A stretch of DNA of 64,000 nt. It comes from Nitrospira sp. Lineage in GTDB: Bacteria > Nitrospirota > Nitrospiria > Nitrospirales > Nitrospiraceae. The notes under the pieces were generated by a model that saw nothing but the letters and a program-made list of their open reading frames with translations, had not been told where the DNA came from and searched no databases. This document shows, piece after piece, positions 11,501-19,970 of this stretch; positions within the stretch are counted from its first letter, which is position 1; each line of letters begins with the position of its first letter. Position numbers and translations under genes: made by a program. The stretch is from positions 16,845-80,844 of the forward strand of contig DATIFR010000134.1 of NCBI GenBank assembly GCA_035455145.1, written 5' to 3'.

Positions 11501-11961
11501 ATGTCACGACCGAGGGAACCACATCGTCCGATAATGAGACGCCGATTGATGAAGCGCCTGTGCAACCTGCGGTTGAGCAAAAACTGCTGCTGATCGATGA
11601 TTCTTTGAGTATCAGAAAATTCGTCGGGCGCATGTTGGAAACGGCCGGCTATGAAGTCGACACGGCCGTGGATGGCGAGGAAGGGCTCCGCAAGGCTTCT
11701 GCGAAAAACTATCGCCTGATCTTGACGGATCTTGAAATGCCAAAACTCAATGGCTACGAAGTCATTCAAGCATTGCGCAGCCGTCCGCAGACGCAGCAGA
11801 CGCCGATCATTGTCATGACGACTCGGGCAGGAGATAAACACCGACAGATGGCGCTCAATATCGGAGCCAGTTCGTATATCGCCAAGCCTGTGGAAGAGCG
11901 GGCGCTCATTCAAGAGCTTGAACGATGGATTGGGCAGGAGTCTGCCGCACGGAAGGCCTGA
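8527..11961 (+). CDS. cheA: CheA/ChpA-like hybrid kinase: 3 Hpt domains, dimerisation, HATPase, CheW, REC
   Basis: Hpt motifs AHKVRGAA, AHTLKGSA (x2); LVDPLVHLVRNAVYHGIE, DDGAGLD, FMPGFST, GRGVGMDVV; C-terminal REC (IDDS, TDLEMP, KP). Confidence 0.95.
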   Translation: MSSELDRQGLLDIFVTEAVEALAVLAAAVNPAGEALPSAQELQNQYVWAHKVRGAAGIYGFSGLSLLGELLETALENSTTIDPALWPKTVGALRGMVEAFQAQLEIVRQGGQEDPTVGERWKAEMAALLPASPDTLSTEGATSDQLPPEYLVPTIDAEVLSYFSPEADEYLQTLELLTNRLRENPGDAETIQSLYRTAHTLKGSAHTIGFKVIGDIAHPVEACMIAVRDGQIPVSTALLTTIGEAVNVVRLLMRRDDSKLDQLQQDVSGVTQTLHQICNGEPVGAPPPSSPAMAQDNSAPQVATAVLEPPADSTETSEGSTSSSSPLQLTDEYLMPKLDPEVLSYFAPEAHEYLESLEAQLLRLEKESENSELINQLFRTAHTLKGSAYTVGFQAIGDMTHYVEDFMGAVRDGRVKVLSGHTDVLLRSVDVVRLLMRRDPTLMGTLRQRFVTAMQGLKQLEQPAAVETVTKAAVAQPAPAPVVNEAPDQPEADQAKAGDARAKDASGEDREVIRVSRDRLERLLNLVGELVIGRGRLEQRLQVLEQLSQQVLACKGRLMDSVRSFEEKHTFTLPSSGANSADGAKSGSVVGAAGFTGLSDFGSLEFDKYDDFNILARRISEVTADISESMTQLSGSIRRSHEDMSQLQQLTLGMRDEIARARMVPVGTPFTRFRRATREMARTTGKEVTLVTSGEHTEVDTGVVERLVDPLVHLVRNAVYHGIEPAALRVSKGKPAAGTIYLHASHRGNAVLIEVEDDGAGLDIDKIRAKAVERGLVRAEVAKNLPEAEVIKFIFMPGFSTAEQIGDQAGRGVGMDVVKRVIESMNGHIDVESIRGVGTKFTLHLPLTLLIATALMVRSGGERYGIPLPSVREVTMLTTGSFQQMGERSMIQIGDEAIDVLPLQQLLSRGSASRVEIGNPVVIVRTGVGPVGLAVDELLGRQEIVIKPIGSLKSLQRSCFGGATIDPEGRVVLVLDPARLLSGSEKTAGSLDVTTEGTTSSDNETPIDEAPVQPAVEQKLLLIDDSLSIRKFVGRMLETAGYEVDTAVDGEEGLRKASAKNYRLILTDLEMPKLNGYEVIQALRSRPQTQQTPIIVMTTRAGDKHRQMALNIGASSYIAKPVEERALIQELERWIGQESAARKA

Positions 11962-12014
11962 CGGCTGGACTCTCACTGAGTCGCAGGTAGGCTGAATACG
12001 AAACAGAATTCCCT

Positions 12015-12533
12015 ATGAGTTTGCGAGGACATCACAGGGCGACGACTGCCACCGTGCAGACAGCCAGTTTTCTGGTCGTGCGGTTCGGCAAGAACTACTG
12101 CGCGTTGCCGTCGCAGGGAGTGCGCGGTGTGCTCACCATGGAAGAGGCAGGGCGCGCTCAGACGGTCACCGCCGTGGGCGTGATCTACCAGGATGTCGAT
12201 CTTGCCGGGCGTTTCTCGACCGTTGTGGATCTGACTCGCCCGGACACGCGCACGATTCTTTATTCCAACGGTCAGTCCCACGGAGCCATTCGAGTCGAGG
12301 AAGTCATCGGCATGATTGATGTGGAACGGCATCAATGCAAGCCGCTGCCCCCGCATTTTCAACAGGACGAACGGACTTGGATCTCCGGAACGATCTTTTT
12401 TCGCGAGCAGTTGGCGCTAATTCTAAATCCTGAATGGGTATTGGGTGAACTTGGGGAAGAGGTGGCGGTCGGTGGGGATCGAGAGAAGTCTAAGGCGATC
12501 TCTCATGCGACTGGAATCGGTGGACAATGCTAA
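12015..12533 (+). CDS. Divergent CheW-like protein
   Basis: FLVVRFG..YCALP...VRGV, GAIRVEEVIG, LILNPEWV; directly after cheA. Confidence 0.7.
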   Translation: MSLRGHHRATTATVQTASFLVVRFGKNYCALPSQGVRGVLTMEEAGRAQTVTAVGVIYQDVDLAGRFSTVVDLTRPDTRTILYSNGQSHGAIRVEEVIGMIDVERHQCKPLPPHFQQDERTWISGTIFFREQLALILNPEWVLGELGEEVAVGGDREKSKAISHATGIGGQC

Positions 12534-12994
12534 GGGCTGCGCGTCAACAGGACCAGGCCGTCGCGGCAAAGAAATCTTGGAACGTCGTGGTATTTTCTGT
12601 CGGTGGCATGAAACTGGCCGCGAGAACCGAGGATGTCGGCGGGGTGGCAGCCTGGGTTGAACCGGTTTCAGTCCCGAGCCGCACCCCGTTCATCGGTGCG
12701 ATGCTCAAGAGGGAGAAAGACGTGATGCCGGTATACGATCTGGCGACTCGTCTTGAACGCGAACCAGAGGGCGACACATTGTTGTGTCTGGTCGCCCGCC
12801 ATATCGACGGTCCCATGGCCATATGCATTGACTCTGTGATCCCGACGCTCCATACGATTGAGATTAGTCAGATTGTGCCGAGCAAGCGCATGGATCTCGA
12901 AACGCTCGGTAGTTTCACCGAAGATGGGCGAGACATCGACATCCTCGCGCTCCAGAGGCTGGGGCGCAGACGACAAGATAGCATGCGGCCATAA
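12527..12994 (+). CDS. Divergent CheW-like protein
   Basis: VVVFSVGG, VPSRTPFIGAML..VMPVYDL; overlaps the previous CheW. Confidence 0.7.
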   Translation: MLRAARQQDQAVAAKKSWNVVVFSVGGMKLAARTEDVGGVAAWVEPVSVPSRTPFIGAMLKREKDVMPVYDLATRLEREPEGDTLLCLVARHIDGPMAICIDSVIPTLHTIEISQIVPSKRMDLETLGSFTEDGRDIDILALQRLGRRRQDSMRP

Positions 12995-13013
12995 GGTCCA
13001 AGCTGAAAGGAAT

Positions 13014-14336
13014 ATGGACATGCCGAAGGTGTTAGTGGCTGACGATAGCATTGCCGTACGAAAGGTCGCGGAACGGCTGCTGACTGAGGCCGGATTGGGC
13101 GTTACGTTAGCGGCGAACGGTGAAGAGGCATTGGCCAGTCTAGCCAAGGAAGTGCCCGATTTGATCGTGTCAGACGTAATTATGCCGGATAAGAGCGGAT
13201 ACGAAGTCTGTGCATTTGTGCGTGCTCAGAGCGCGTTGGCAAACACACCGGTACTGCTCATCTCAGGGATCGTCAATGACGAAGTTACCAAGCAGGCCGA
13301 GTCCTGCCATGCGGACGGAGTGCTGAAGAAGCCCTTTCAGGGTACGTCGCTTAAGGATCGCGTCCTCGAACTGCTCGCCAAGAAACACGGTCAAAAAACC
13401 GAACCGCCAAAACAGGCGGCGCAGCCGGCTCCTCCGTCGGGGGCGGAGCGAGGTTCGCGTGTCCCGGACGAGCAGATAGCGGCCTCTCAACAAACCCTCG
13501 CCAAGCTGAAGCAGGTTGAGGAGGAACTTCACAAAGAACGGCAGCAATCGGCACAGTTGACTCAGCGCATCGCTCAACTTGAAGGCCAGGTTGGCCGTGT
13601 GAAGGAACTTGACGCCATCGTGGCAAGCGAGAGGGAGCAATCGGCGCAGGCCAAGAAGGCTGCTGAGGAACTGGCGCCGATCGCCCAGCGAGCAAAAGAG
13701 CTTGAGGCGTTGCTGAAGCAGGAGCGGGAACAGGCCGCGCAAGTCAAGAAGCAGGCGGACGATCTCCGAGGTCAAGTGACACGCCTGCATGAACTCGAAG
13801 AATTGCTGAAGCAGGAGCGGGAACAGGTTGCGCAGCTCAAGAAGCAGACGGACGATTTCCGAGGTCAAGTTGCACGCCTGCAGGAATTTGAAGCGGCATT
13901 GCAACAAGAACGGGTTAAAACCGCGCAACTCCAGCAACGCGTCACTGATATGCAGAAGTCCGTGACGCGCGTGCAAGAACTGGAAGCGGCCTTGTATGCC
14001 GAGCGTCAGGCTGCCACGCAGCTCGTTCAGCAAATGACGGCGATGGAAAAAGCCGTGAGCCGCTCGCAAGAGCTGGCACAACAGTTTGCGCGAGAGCAAC
14101 AGCGAGTGGAAGAACTGACTCGTCGGTTAGCCGTAAGCGAAGATGGAAGCGCAAAAGCAAAAGAGGTTGAAAAACTGTTGGAAACGGAGCGGGAGCGGAA
14201 CGCCGTGTTGGCGCATCGAGTGTCGGAAACCGAAGTGGCGGCGCAGCAGGCGACCAAACGATTCGAAGAGATGGCCAAGAAACTCGGAGAAATTGCAGGT
14301 TTGGCTTCCCAGTTAGGGAATGGAGCAAAGCGGTAA
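13014..14336 (+). CDS. Receiver domain fused to a long coiled coil (AglZ/FrzS-like architecture)
   Basis: REC (VADDS, SDVIMPD, KKPF) with intact phosphoacceptor Asp; Q/E/K/A-rich repeat tail. Start at ATG 13014 after GAAAGG. Confidence 0.85.
   Translation: MDMPKVLVADDSIAVRKVAERLLTEAGLGVTLAANGEEALASLAKEVPDLIVSDVIMPDKSGYEVCAFVRAQSALANTPVLLISGIVNDEVTKQAESCHADGVLKKPFQGTSLKDRVLELLAKKHGQKTEPPKQAAQPAPPSGAERGSRVPDEQIAASQQTLAKLKQVEEELHKERQQSAQLTQRIAQLEGQVGRVKELDAIVASEREQSAQAKKAAEELAPIAQRAKELEALLKQEREQAAQVKKQADDLRGQVTRLHELEELLKQEREQVAQLKKQTDDFRGQVARLQEFEAALQQERVKTAQLQQRVTDMQKSVTRVQELEAALYAERQAATQLVQQMTAMEKAVSRSQELAQQFAREQQRVEELTRRLAVSEDGSAKAKEVEKLLETERERNAVLAHRVSETEVAAQQATKRFEEMAKKLGEIAGLASQLGNGAKR
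13512..14255 (+). repeat. Intragenic tandem repeat, 8 x 93 bp (31 aa)
   Basis: Units start at 13512, 13605, 13698, 13791, 13884, 13977, 14070 and 14163 (ELExLLxxERExxAQ...). Units 3 and 4 are highly similar at DNA level (ttgctgaagcaggagcgggaacagg at 13710 and 13803). Confidence 0.9.
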
Positions 14337-14590
14337 TAATGATTCGTGCTCGGGCGCCACGGGCCAGGAGGTTGACGGCGTCCACATGGGTCCATTCTGG
14401 TCTCGCGTTGTTCAAAGACGTTGGCCGGTGGACAGAGTAAAAACGAATCGCTTCCTTGTTGCGATCTCAATTGACGGATTTGTGGATGCCCTTCGCGTTG
14501 CGTGATCGACTGCTCATCGATTCGCGCAATTCATGCATTTCGGTCGCCTCTCGGTGAGCGAACAGCGTGCATGGATGAGGATGTGGATTC

Positions 14591-15523
14591 ATGTCGGGCG
14601 ATACATCAGATGAATTCCAAAAGGAGCTGGTTGACCTCTTTGTTCAAGAAGCCCACGAGTGGTTGCAGAATATTCATGTTGCGCTCGACGAGCTGCAGCA
14701 GGCACCGCCGCCTGAGCGGCACGCGGTGCTTATCCAGACGCTGACTGCCGGCGTGACCAACCTCGGCGGATCCGCCGCCACAATTAATCTCCCCGATGTG
14801 GAACAGGCCAGTTTCGCCGCTCTACCGTTCATCGAAGCGATCAAGGATCCCCAAAAAAACTTGTCGGTCCAGGACTTTCTTTCGCTGTGCAAGCAGTTGG
14901 GACTCATTCATACCGCGTTGACGAATGCCACGGGTGTGGCCTTTGATGCGGAAGCCGAAGTCGAAGTCGTCGAGGCGGCCGCGAGTTTGTCACCGGCAGA
15001 GTTTCTCCAATCGTTGCGAACGCTTCAGCAGAATCAAGGTGCGGCCACACAGGGGGACAGAAATCTCATCAAGACGATGATCGAGCAAATGGAGGGGCAA
15101 GTCCAAGCCGGTGTCCAGCATGTGGGCGTGGACGTGATTCAAGGATTTCTGGACCGCATGTCGGATTCGGAAGACGCCTTCGTACAAAGCGTCGATGCTC
15201 AGATGCCGAACCTGGCAGCCAAACTGTCCGGTCTCGCAGCATCAGCCGATCCCGCGAGTGATGTGATCGAATCCTCGCTCAAAGAGGTTATGCAACTGAG
15301 AACCGAGGCCCAGCAGGTGAATGCCGGAATCGCGATGACCTTTTTAGGAGGATTGCAAAGCCTCTTGTCGGTCGTGGCGCAACATCGTATACGTCTTGCT
15401 TCCGCCAGGGTTGAAGCGGTGACGGCTCGTCTGGGTGTCATGAAGGAACTCATCCATCAGTGGGTGGAACGAGGACGAGCTGAGCGGACGGCGATCGGTC
15501 ATGTGCTGCCGGTGAATCACTGA
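14591..15523 (+). CDS. Hpt-like helical protein lacking the phospho-His
   Basis: ELVDLFVQEAHEWL resembles the Hpt first helix; GVTNLGGSAA aligns with AHTLKGSA but has Thr at the His position. Confidence 0.75.
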   Translation: MSGDTSDEFQKELVDLFVQEAHEWLQNIHVALDELQQAPPPERHAVLIQTLTAGVTNLGGSAATINLPDVEQASFAALPFIEAIKDPQKNLSVQDFLSLCKQLGLIHTALTNATGVAFDAEAEVEVVEAAASLSPAEFLQSLRTLQQNQGAATQGDRNLIKTMIEQMEGQVQAGVQHVGVDVIQGFLDRMSDSEDAFVQSVDAQMPNLAAKLSGLAASADPASDVIESSLKEVMQLRTEAQQVNAGIAMTFLGGLQSLLSVVAQHRIRLASARVEAVTARLGVMKELIHQWVERGRAERTAIGHVLPVNH

Positions 15524-15648
15524 TGATCATCCGACGACCCGCTCCTCTCTCCAGCGTCTCCGCACTTGACTCGTACCACCGTCGATTGCATGCTGAGATC
15601 AAATTGTCCAATAATGATACCGTTCGAGCATTTGTATAGGCATAGGGT

Positions 15649-17742
15649 ATGGAAGAGCGACGCGCATCTGACATCTACCGCAAAGCCGAAGAGCAACTGA
15701 CTGCGGTTGCGACGGCGATTCAACATCAGGATCAGATCGATTTGGACGGCCTGTCGACTTTGGCGGCGGAAATTGCCGACTCGGTCGACCGTGACGATCA
15801 ATTGGTCGTACAGGCGTTAGCCGGTCCGAGTGGCTCCACGTTGGTGACCAATTTGATCAACGTCAGCATTCTGGCCACGAAGGTGGGAATCGGCCTGGGC
15901 TATTATGGGAAAGAGCTTCGCCGTCTGACATTGGCTGGGCTCGTTCATGATGTTGGACTGTTCGCTGTGCCGCAGTCGGTGGTCACAAAGTCCGGCCGGC
16001 TGACGCGTGAGGAGCGGACCCTGATCGAACAGCACCCCGAATTGGGCTATCAGGTGATCCGGAAGCTGGGTGGTGATTGGGAGTGGTTGGCCCGTGCGGT
16101 GCGCCAAGCTCATGAACGATGGAATGGGAAAGGCTATCCTAACCGGCTCAAGAGCCGCGATATCGGAGAGTTTGCGCAGATCATCGGCGCGGTCGACGTC
16201 TTCGATGCCCTTGTCACTCCCAGGCCCTATCGTCGTCGCTTCTTTCCCCATGAGGCGGTGCGTGAATTGTTGGTGGCTGAGCGCACGGCCTTCCCTCGCG
16301 AAGTGATCAAGGCCCTTGTCGAGCAATTGTCGGCCTATCCGCTGGGAACACTGGTCCGACTGACGACCGGCGAGGTAGGCACGGTCGTCAAGATCAACAC
16401 ACGAGTTCCGCTTCGTCCGGTCGTGGAAATTGGAGGGGGAACAGGGCAGGGAGGTAGTCACGAATCCCGGCAACTGGACCTTAGTCTCCTGCCGCTTGTT
16501 GCGATCATTGAAACGATCGAGTCTCCGACAGTTGCGCGGGTGCCATTTCCATCCGGTATCGCAGCTGATCGGCGAACGCAACCTGTCCCATCCGTATCCG
16601 ACCAGTTCGCCTCGTTGCTGGAAAGTTTGGATGCGCTGGCGAGTGCGATCCAAGGGGTCGTCGAGACACGGGCTCCCCTTGCATCGAAGGGCGTGGCCGA
16701 TGCGCAGGAATCGGATCAAGGCTGGGTAACTCCCCGTCCTTCGGGGCGCGATCTGGCAGATGTGAGCTTTGAAAGAGAAGTGGTCGGGCTGTTTGCGCTG
16801 GAAGCGCATGAATGGCTGGCGCAGATCTATTCTGCCCTGAAACGGCTTGGAGAAGGCACGAACGGATCTGTTCGCCCCAAGCTCTATGGCATCATGTTGC
16901 AGGGGCTTACCAATCTGGCCAAGTCCGCGGCGACGGTTCATTTGACATCTATCGAAGATATGGCCTCAAGTCTGTTGCCGATCCTTCACGATGTCGGGCG
17001 ACAAGAACCGCGATCAATGGCTACGGCGCTGGCTTCCCTGCAAGCGGGCCTTGATCGCATCGCGGCAGCCGTGCGTCATGCGGAAGGGGGACCAGAACCT
17101 GAAAAGCAGGAGGAGTCTGTCGCTGGTGAAGGATTCCCCGATCACAAAGCGGAAAGAGATGCGGAAATTCCCATGCCATCGGCGCCAACGCTCTTGGCTC
17201 CGGTGATGGGAACCACGGGCGTGTCATTGTTGAATGCCTTGCGGGAGCTTCAACACGTCCGGTCTCGGTCGGTGCAACCGGCTCGCGACGTGTTGGAGCC
17301 CGTTATTCTTCGAGCCGAACAGCAACCGGGGATTCTTACGGTCGGCGGTGTCCGCCGGATACTGGATGAGCTGGATCGAATGGATGAGCGGTTTCTCGAA
17401 GAGGTCAACCAACGGGTTCCCGCAGTGAGCCAGCTGCTCAACGATCTGCGGAAAGACGGCACCATGGACTTTGTAACGGCTTCGCAGCTCGATCCCGTGG
17501 TGCAACACGTCGAAGAGCTGCAAGCCATTGCGGGATCGGTGCAGGCCGGCATGATGACCATGTTCCTAGAAGGACTCCGATCGTTTCTGCTGGTGGCGGC
17601 CTACCGGAAGGCCGCCACCCTCCCGCAACGATTGGCCACCGTCGAGGCGCGTATCCAGGCGCTGGTTCCAATGGCAGAACAGTGGGTCAGTATCGGCCGT
17701 GTTGAACGTGGAGCCATCGCTGAAATCCTGCCGGCTTCGTAG
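15649..17742 (+). CDS. HD-GYP domain protein with a C-terminal His-less Hpt-like module
   Basis: HDVG, QHP, AHERWNGKGYP, DVFDAL..PRPYR; the C-terminal region is homologous to the 14591 protein. Confidence 0.85.
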   Translation: MEERRASDIYRKAEEQLTAVATAIQHQDQIDLDGLSTLAAEIADSVDRDDQLVVQALAGPSGSTLVTNLINVSILATKVGIGLGYYGKELRRLTLAGLVHDVGLFAVPQSVVTKSGRLTREERTLIEQHPELGYQVIRKLGGDWEWLARAVRQAHERWNGKGYPNRLKSRDIGEFAQIIGAVDVFDALVTPRPYRRRFFPHEAVRELLVAERTAFPREVIKALVEQLSAYPLGTLVRLTTGEVGTVVKINTRVPLRPVVEIGGGTGQGGSHESRQLDLSLLPLVAIIETIESPTVARVPFPSGIAADRRTQPVPSVSDQFASLLESLDALASAIQGVVETRAPLASKGVADAQESDQGWVTPRPSGRDLADVSFEREVVGLFALEAHEWLAQIYSALKRLGEGTNGSVRPKLYGIMLQGLTNLAKSAATVHLTSIEDMASSLLPILHDVGRQEPRSMATALASLQAGLDRIAAAVRHAEGGPEPEKQEESVAGEGFPDHKAERDAEIPMPSAPTLLAPVMGTTGVSLLNALRELQHVRSRSVQPARDVLEPVILRAEQQPGILTVGGVRRILDELDRMDERFLEEVNQRVPAVSQLLNDLRKDGTMDFVTASQLDPVVQHVEELQAIAGSVQAGMMTMFLEGLRSFLLVAAYRKAATLPQRLATVEARIQALVPMAEQWVSIGRVERGAIAEILPAS

Positions 17743-17937
17743 AGGATTCGTTTTATCCTGCCGATCACATTCCCGAGGCATATTCCGTTCCATCCCGTGT
17801 GGCAAGATCTCGCAGCGTTGTTCTTCGGTGCCAAGTTGTTCGAACGAAACCACACATCTTATTGAAAAGTAATATTTTTGATTGCCCAGGACTTAGGCAA
17901 TCTGCGAAGCGCTACGCCGTGAAACGGTATTGAGTTT

Positions 17938-17983
17938 TCATCCACATGGTTATCCACATGCCATGCACACGTTTTGTGGACAG
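17938..17983. promoter_or_regulatory. Cluster of DnaA-box-like 9-mers
   Basis: TCATCCACA (17938), perfect TTATCCACA (17950), CCATGCACA (17961), inverted TGTGGACAG (17975); AT-rich patch at about 17857-17884. Confidence 0.5.
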
Positions 17984-18324
17984 AAAAACTCATGCCACCG
18001 GGGAGCTGAAAAAATTTCGTCAGACTGGTCATGCTGGCACGCAACTAGAACATCGCGAAAGCCTTGGCGGCAAGGGGTTGCGCGAACGGTCCGCCGCTTT
18101 TCTGCGATGGCGTCACAAAACACGATATGTGAGGATGAAACCTCAGAGATCACCGAGGTCGTTGCAAGAGCGCGGATGAAATAGCCATCCAGTCCCCATC
18201 GATTCCAGGTGCAGAAGGTTGGTGCTTCAATCAATGCCTCCAAGAGACCAAGAATGATATGATGCCTGACCCAAGTTCTTGCTGGTGCAGATGTCCTGGC
18301 CATCTGTTTGAAGGGGGAAGTGCA

Positions 18325-18846
18325 GTGCCTAAACTGGTGACCGTATGGCGGGAGCAAGATATCCAAGTACAGGCACGTCAGTATGTCCGATCCTATATTC
18401 TTTTTCCGTCTGGTCTTTTAGGCCTTGTCTGCATGGTCGGTGGTATCGGTTCGTTGGGGTATCAACTGGTCGCATCAAGCACCTATACCTGGACAACATT
18501 CTGGTCGAGTTCCGGACTGTTGGTCCTTGGCGCCTGTTGCGGCTGGGGGCAGACGCGATACCATCGGTACCTTCTTGCCACCTTGCCTGAAGTGTTCGCT
18601 GCGCGCATACGCAGTGCCGTCACACGGAATCAGAAGAAAAGGAAAGGGGAGTCGTCGATTCCCGCGATCGAACATCCTGGTCGTCGTCTCGTGCCGGTTG
18701 CCTATGTCCTTGGAGGCGGGCTGTTGCTGGCAGCATCGGCTTGGGCAATGTTCTACGGAGCCCTGGACATGGTCCCCGCCGTACTGATGCCGTGGGCTGG
18801 ATTTTATTGGGGAAAGCTCTTCTTTTGGCGCGGGGTAGTCAGTTGA
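18325..18846 (+). CDS. Hypothetical membrane protein (about 4 TM)
   Basis: Two pairs of hydrophobic segments; GTG start after a purine-rich RBS; converges on lpxD. Confidence 0.7.
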   Translation: MPKLVTVWREQDIQVQARQYVRSYILFPSGLLGLVCMVGGIGSLGYQLVASSTYTWTTFWSSSGLLVLGACCGWGQTRYHRYLLATLPEVFAARIRSAVTRNQKKRKGESSIPAIEHPGRRLVPVAYVLGGGLLLAASAWAMFYGALDMVPAVLMPWAGFYWGKLFFWRGVVS

Positions 18847-18869
18847 GTCGGAGAAAAGGCCGGTTTCGA

Positions 18870-19964
18870 CTACTTCCGGCGTCGTTTGTTGCGGGCCGGT
18901 GGCGGGGCAGCTGCCTGCGCGAGTTGGGATTCCAATGCAGCCACGCGTTGTTCCAGACTGCGGACGAGCTGCCGCAATTCAGGAAGACGGGGTATGACGG
19001 CCTGAGCTTTCATCCAGGTTTCATGCGGCATTACCGGCGCACCTGAAACGATCTGATTCGGTTCAAGGCTGCGGTTCACGCCCGCCCTGGCCGCAATCAT
19101 GACCTGATCCCCTATAGTGATATGATCGGCCAAGCCTGCTTGCCCTCCGATCATGACGTGGTGGCCGATTGTCGTGCTGCCGGCAATCCCGACCTGGGCC
19201 ACGATGATGTCATGTTCTCCTACCGTCACATTATGGGCGATTTGCACCAGGTTATCGACTTTGGTGCCCCGCTTGATCACAGTTTGACCGAGAGTCGCAC
19301 GGTCGATTGTGACATTCGCGCCGAGTTCAACATCGTCTTCGATCGTCACTCCTCCCAATTGGGGAATTTTGTGGTGCCGCCCTTCATGCTGTACATAGCC
19401 GAAGCCGTCGGCCCCAATGACGGTTCCGCTATGGATGATTACCCTGGCGCCGAGAGAGCAGCCCTCTCGAACGACGACATTCGGGTAGAGCACACAGTCG
19501 TCCCCGACGATCGAGTTGTCGCCGATAAACACTCCCGGGTACAGGGTCACTCTTGCTCCAATCCTGACGCGGTCCCCGATTGTCACAAACGGCCATATCG
19601 AAGGGTTCGTTCCGATGGTGACTTCAGAGCCTTGCGTGATGTTGTCCGACACGCCTCGCGGGGCTACGGTGCGTACGAAAAAGGTTTGGGCAACCTGCGC
19701 AAATGCGAGCAACGGGTTTTGGACCACGATCTGCGGCGTCGCGATCTCGGGAAAATGACGATGGACGAGGAGTGCACCGGCCACAATTGCCTTCGGGTTC
19801 TTGGCGGCTTTGTCGTTGGTAATGAAGGAGAGGGCTTGAGGCGTGGCCTCGTTGAGGCTGGCAAGCGAAAACAGGGGAGTGCCGCCGTTTCCGTGAAGGG
19901 TGCCGCCTACCAATTGTTGGATCTTCGAGAGAGTCAGCGTTGTCGTTGCGGACGGTGATCCCAT
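18870..19964 (-). CDS. lpxD: UDP-3-O-(3-hydroxyacyl)glucosamine N-acyltransferase
   Basis: Hexapeptide repeats; IGADGFGY, KIPQLGGVTIEDDVELGANVTIDRA, KVDNLVQIAHNV. Confidence 0.96.
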   Translation of the reverse strand: MGSPSATTTLTLSKIQQLVGGTLHGNGGTPLFSLASLNEATPQALSFITNDKAAKNPKAIVAGALLVHRHFPEIATPQIVVQNPLLAFAQVAQTFFVRTVAPRGVSDNITQGSEVTIGTNPSIWPFVTIGDRVRIGARVTLYPGVFIGDNSIVGDDCVLYPNVVVREGCSLGARVIIHSGTVIGADGFGYVQHEGRHHKIPQLGGVTIEDDVELGANVTIDRATLGQTVIKRGTKVDNLVQIAHNVTVGEHDIIVAQVGIAGSTTIGHHVMIGGQAGLADHITIGDQVMIAARAGVNRSLEPNQIVSGAPVMPHETWMKAQAVIPRLPELRQLVRSLEQRVAALESQLAQAAAPPPARNKRRRK

Positions 19965-19970
19965 GGCGGG

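Noticed and set aside
13263-14099. Long antisense ORFs over real genes (e.g. 13263-14099, 15817-16941, 19122-19958, 28716-29705, 36236-37585, 61204-62064)
   Set aside because: Shadow ORFs expected from GC-rich codon usage; the opposite-strand frames carry clear family motifs and these do not.
18039-18056. Sigma54 promoter (TGGCACGCAACTAGAA)
   Set aside because: The -24 element matches but the -12 TTGC is absent.
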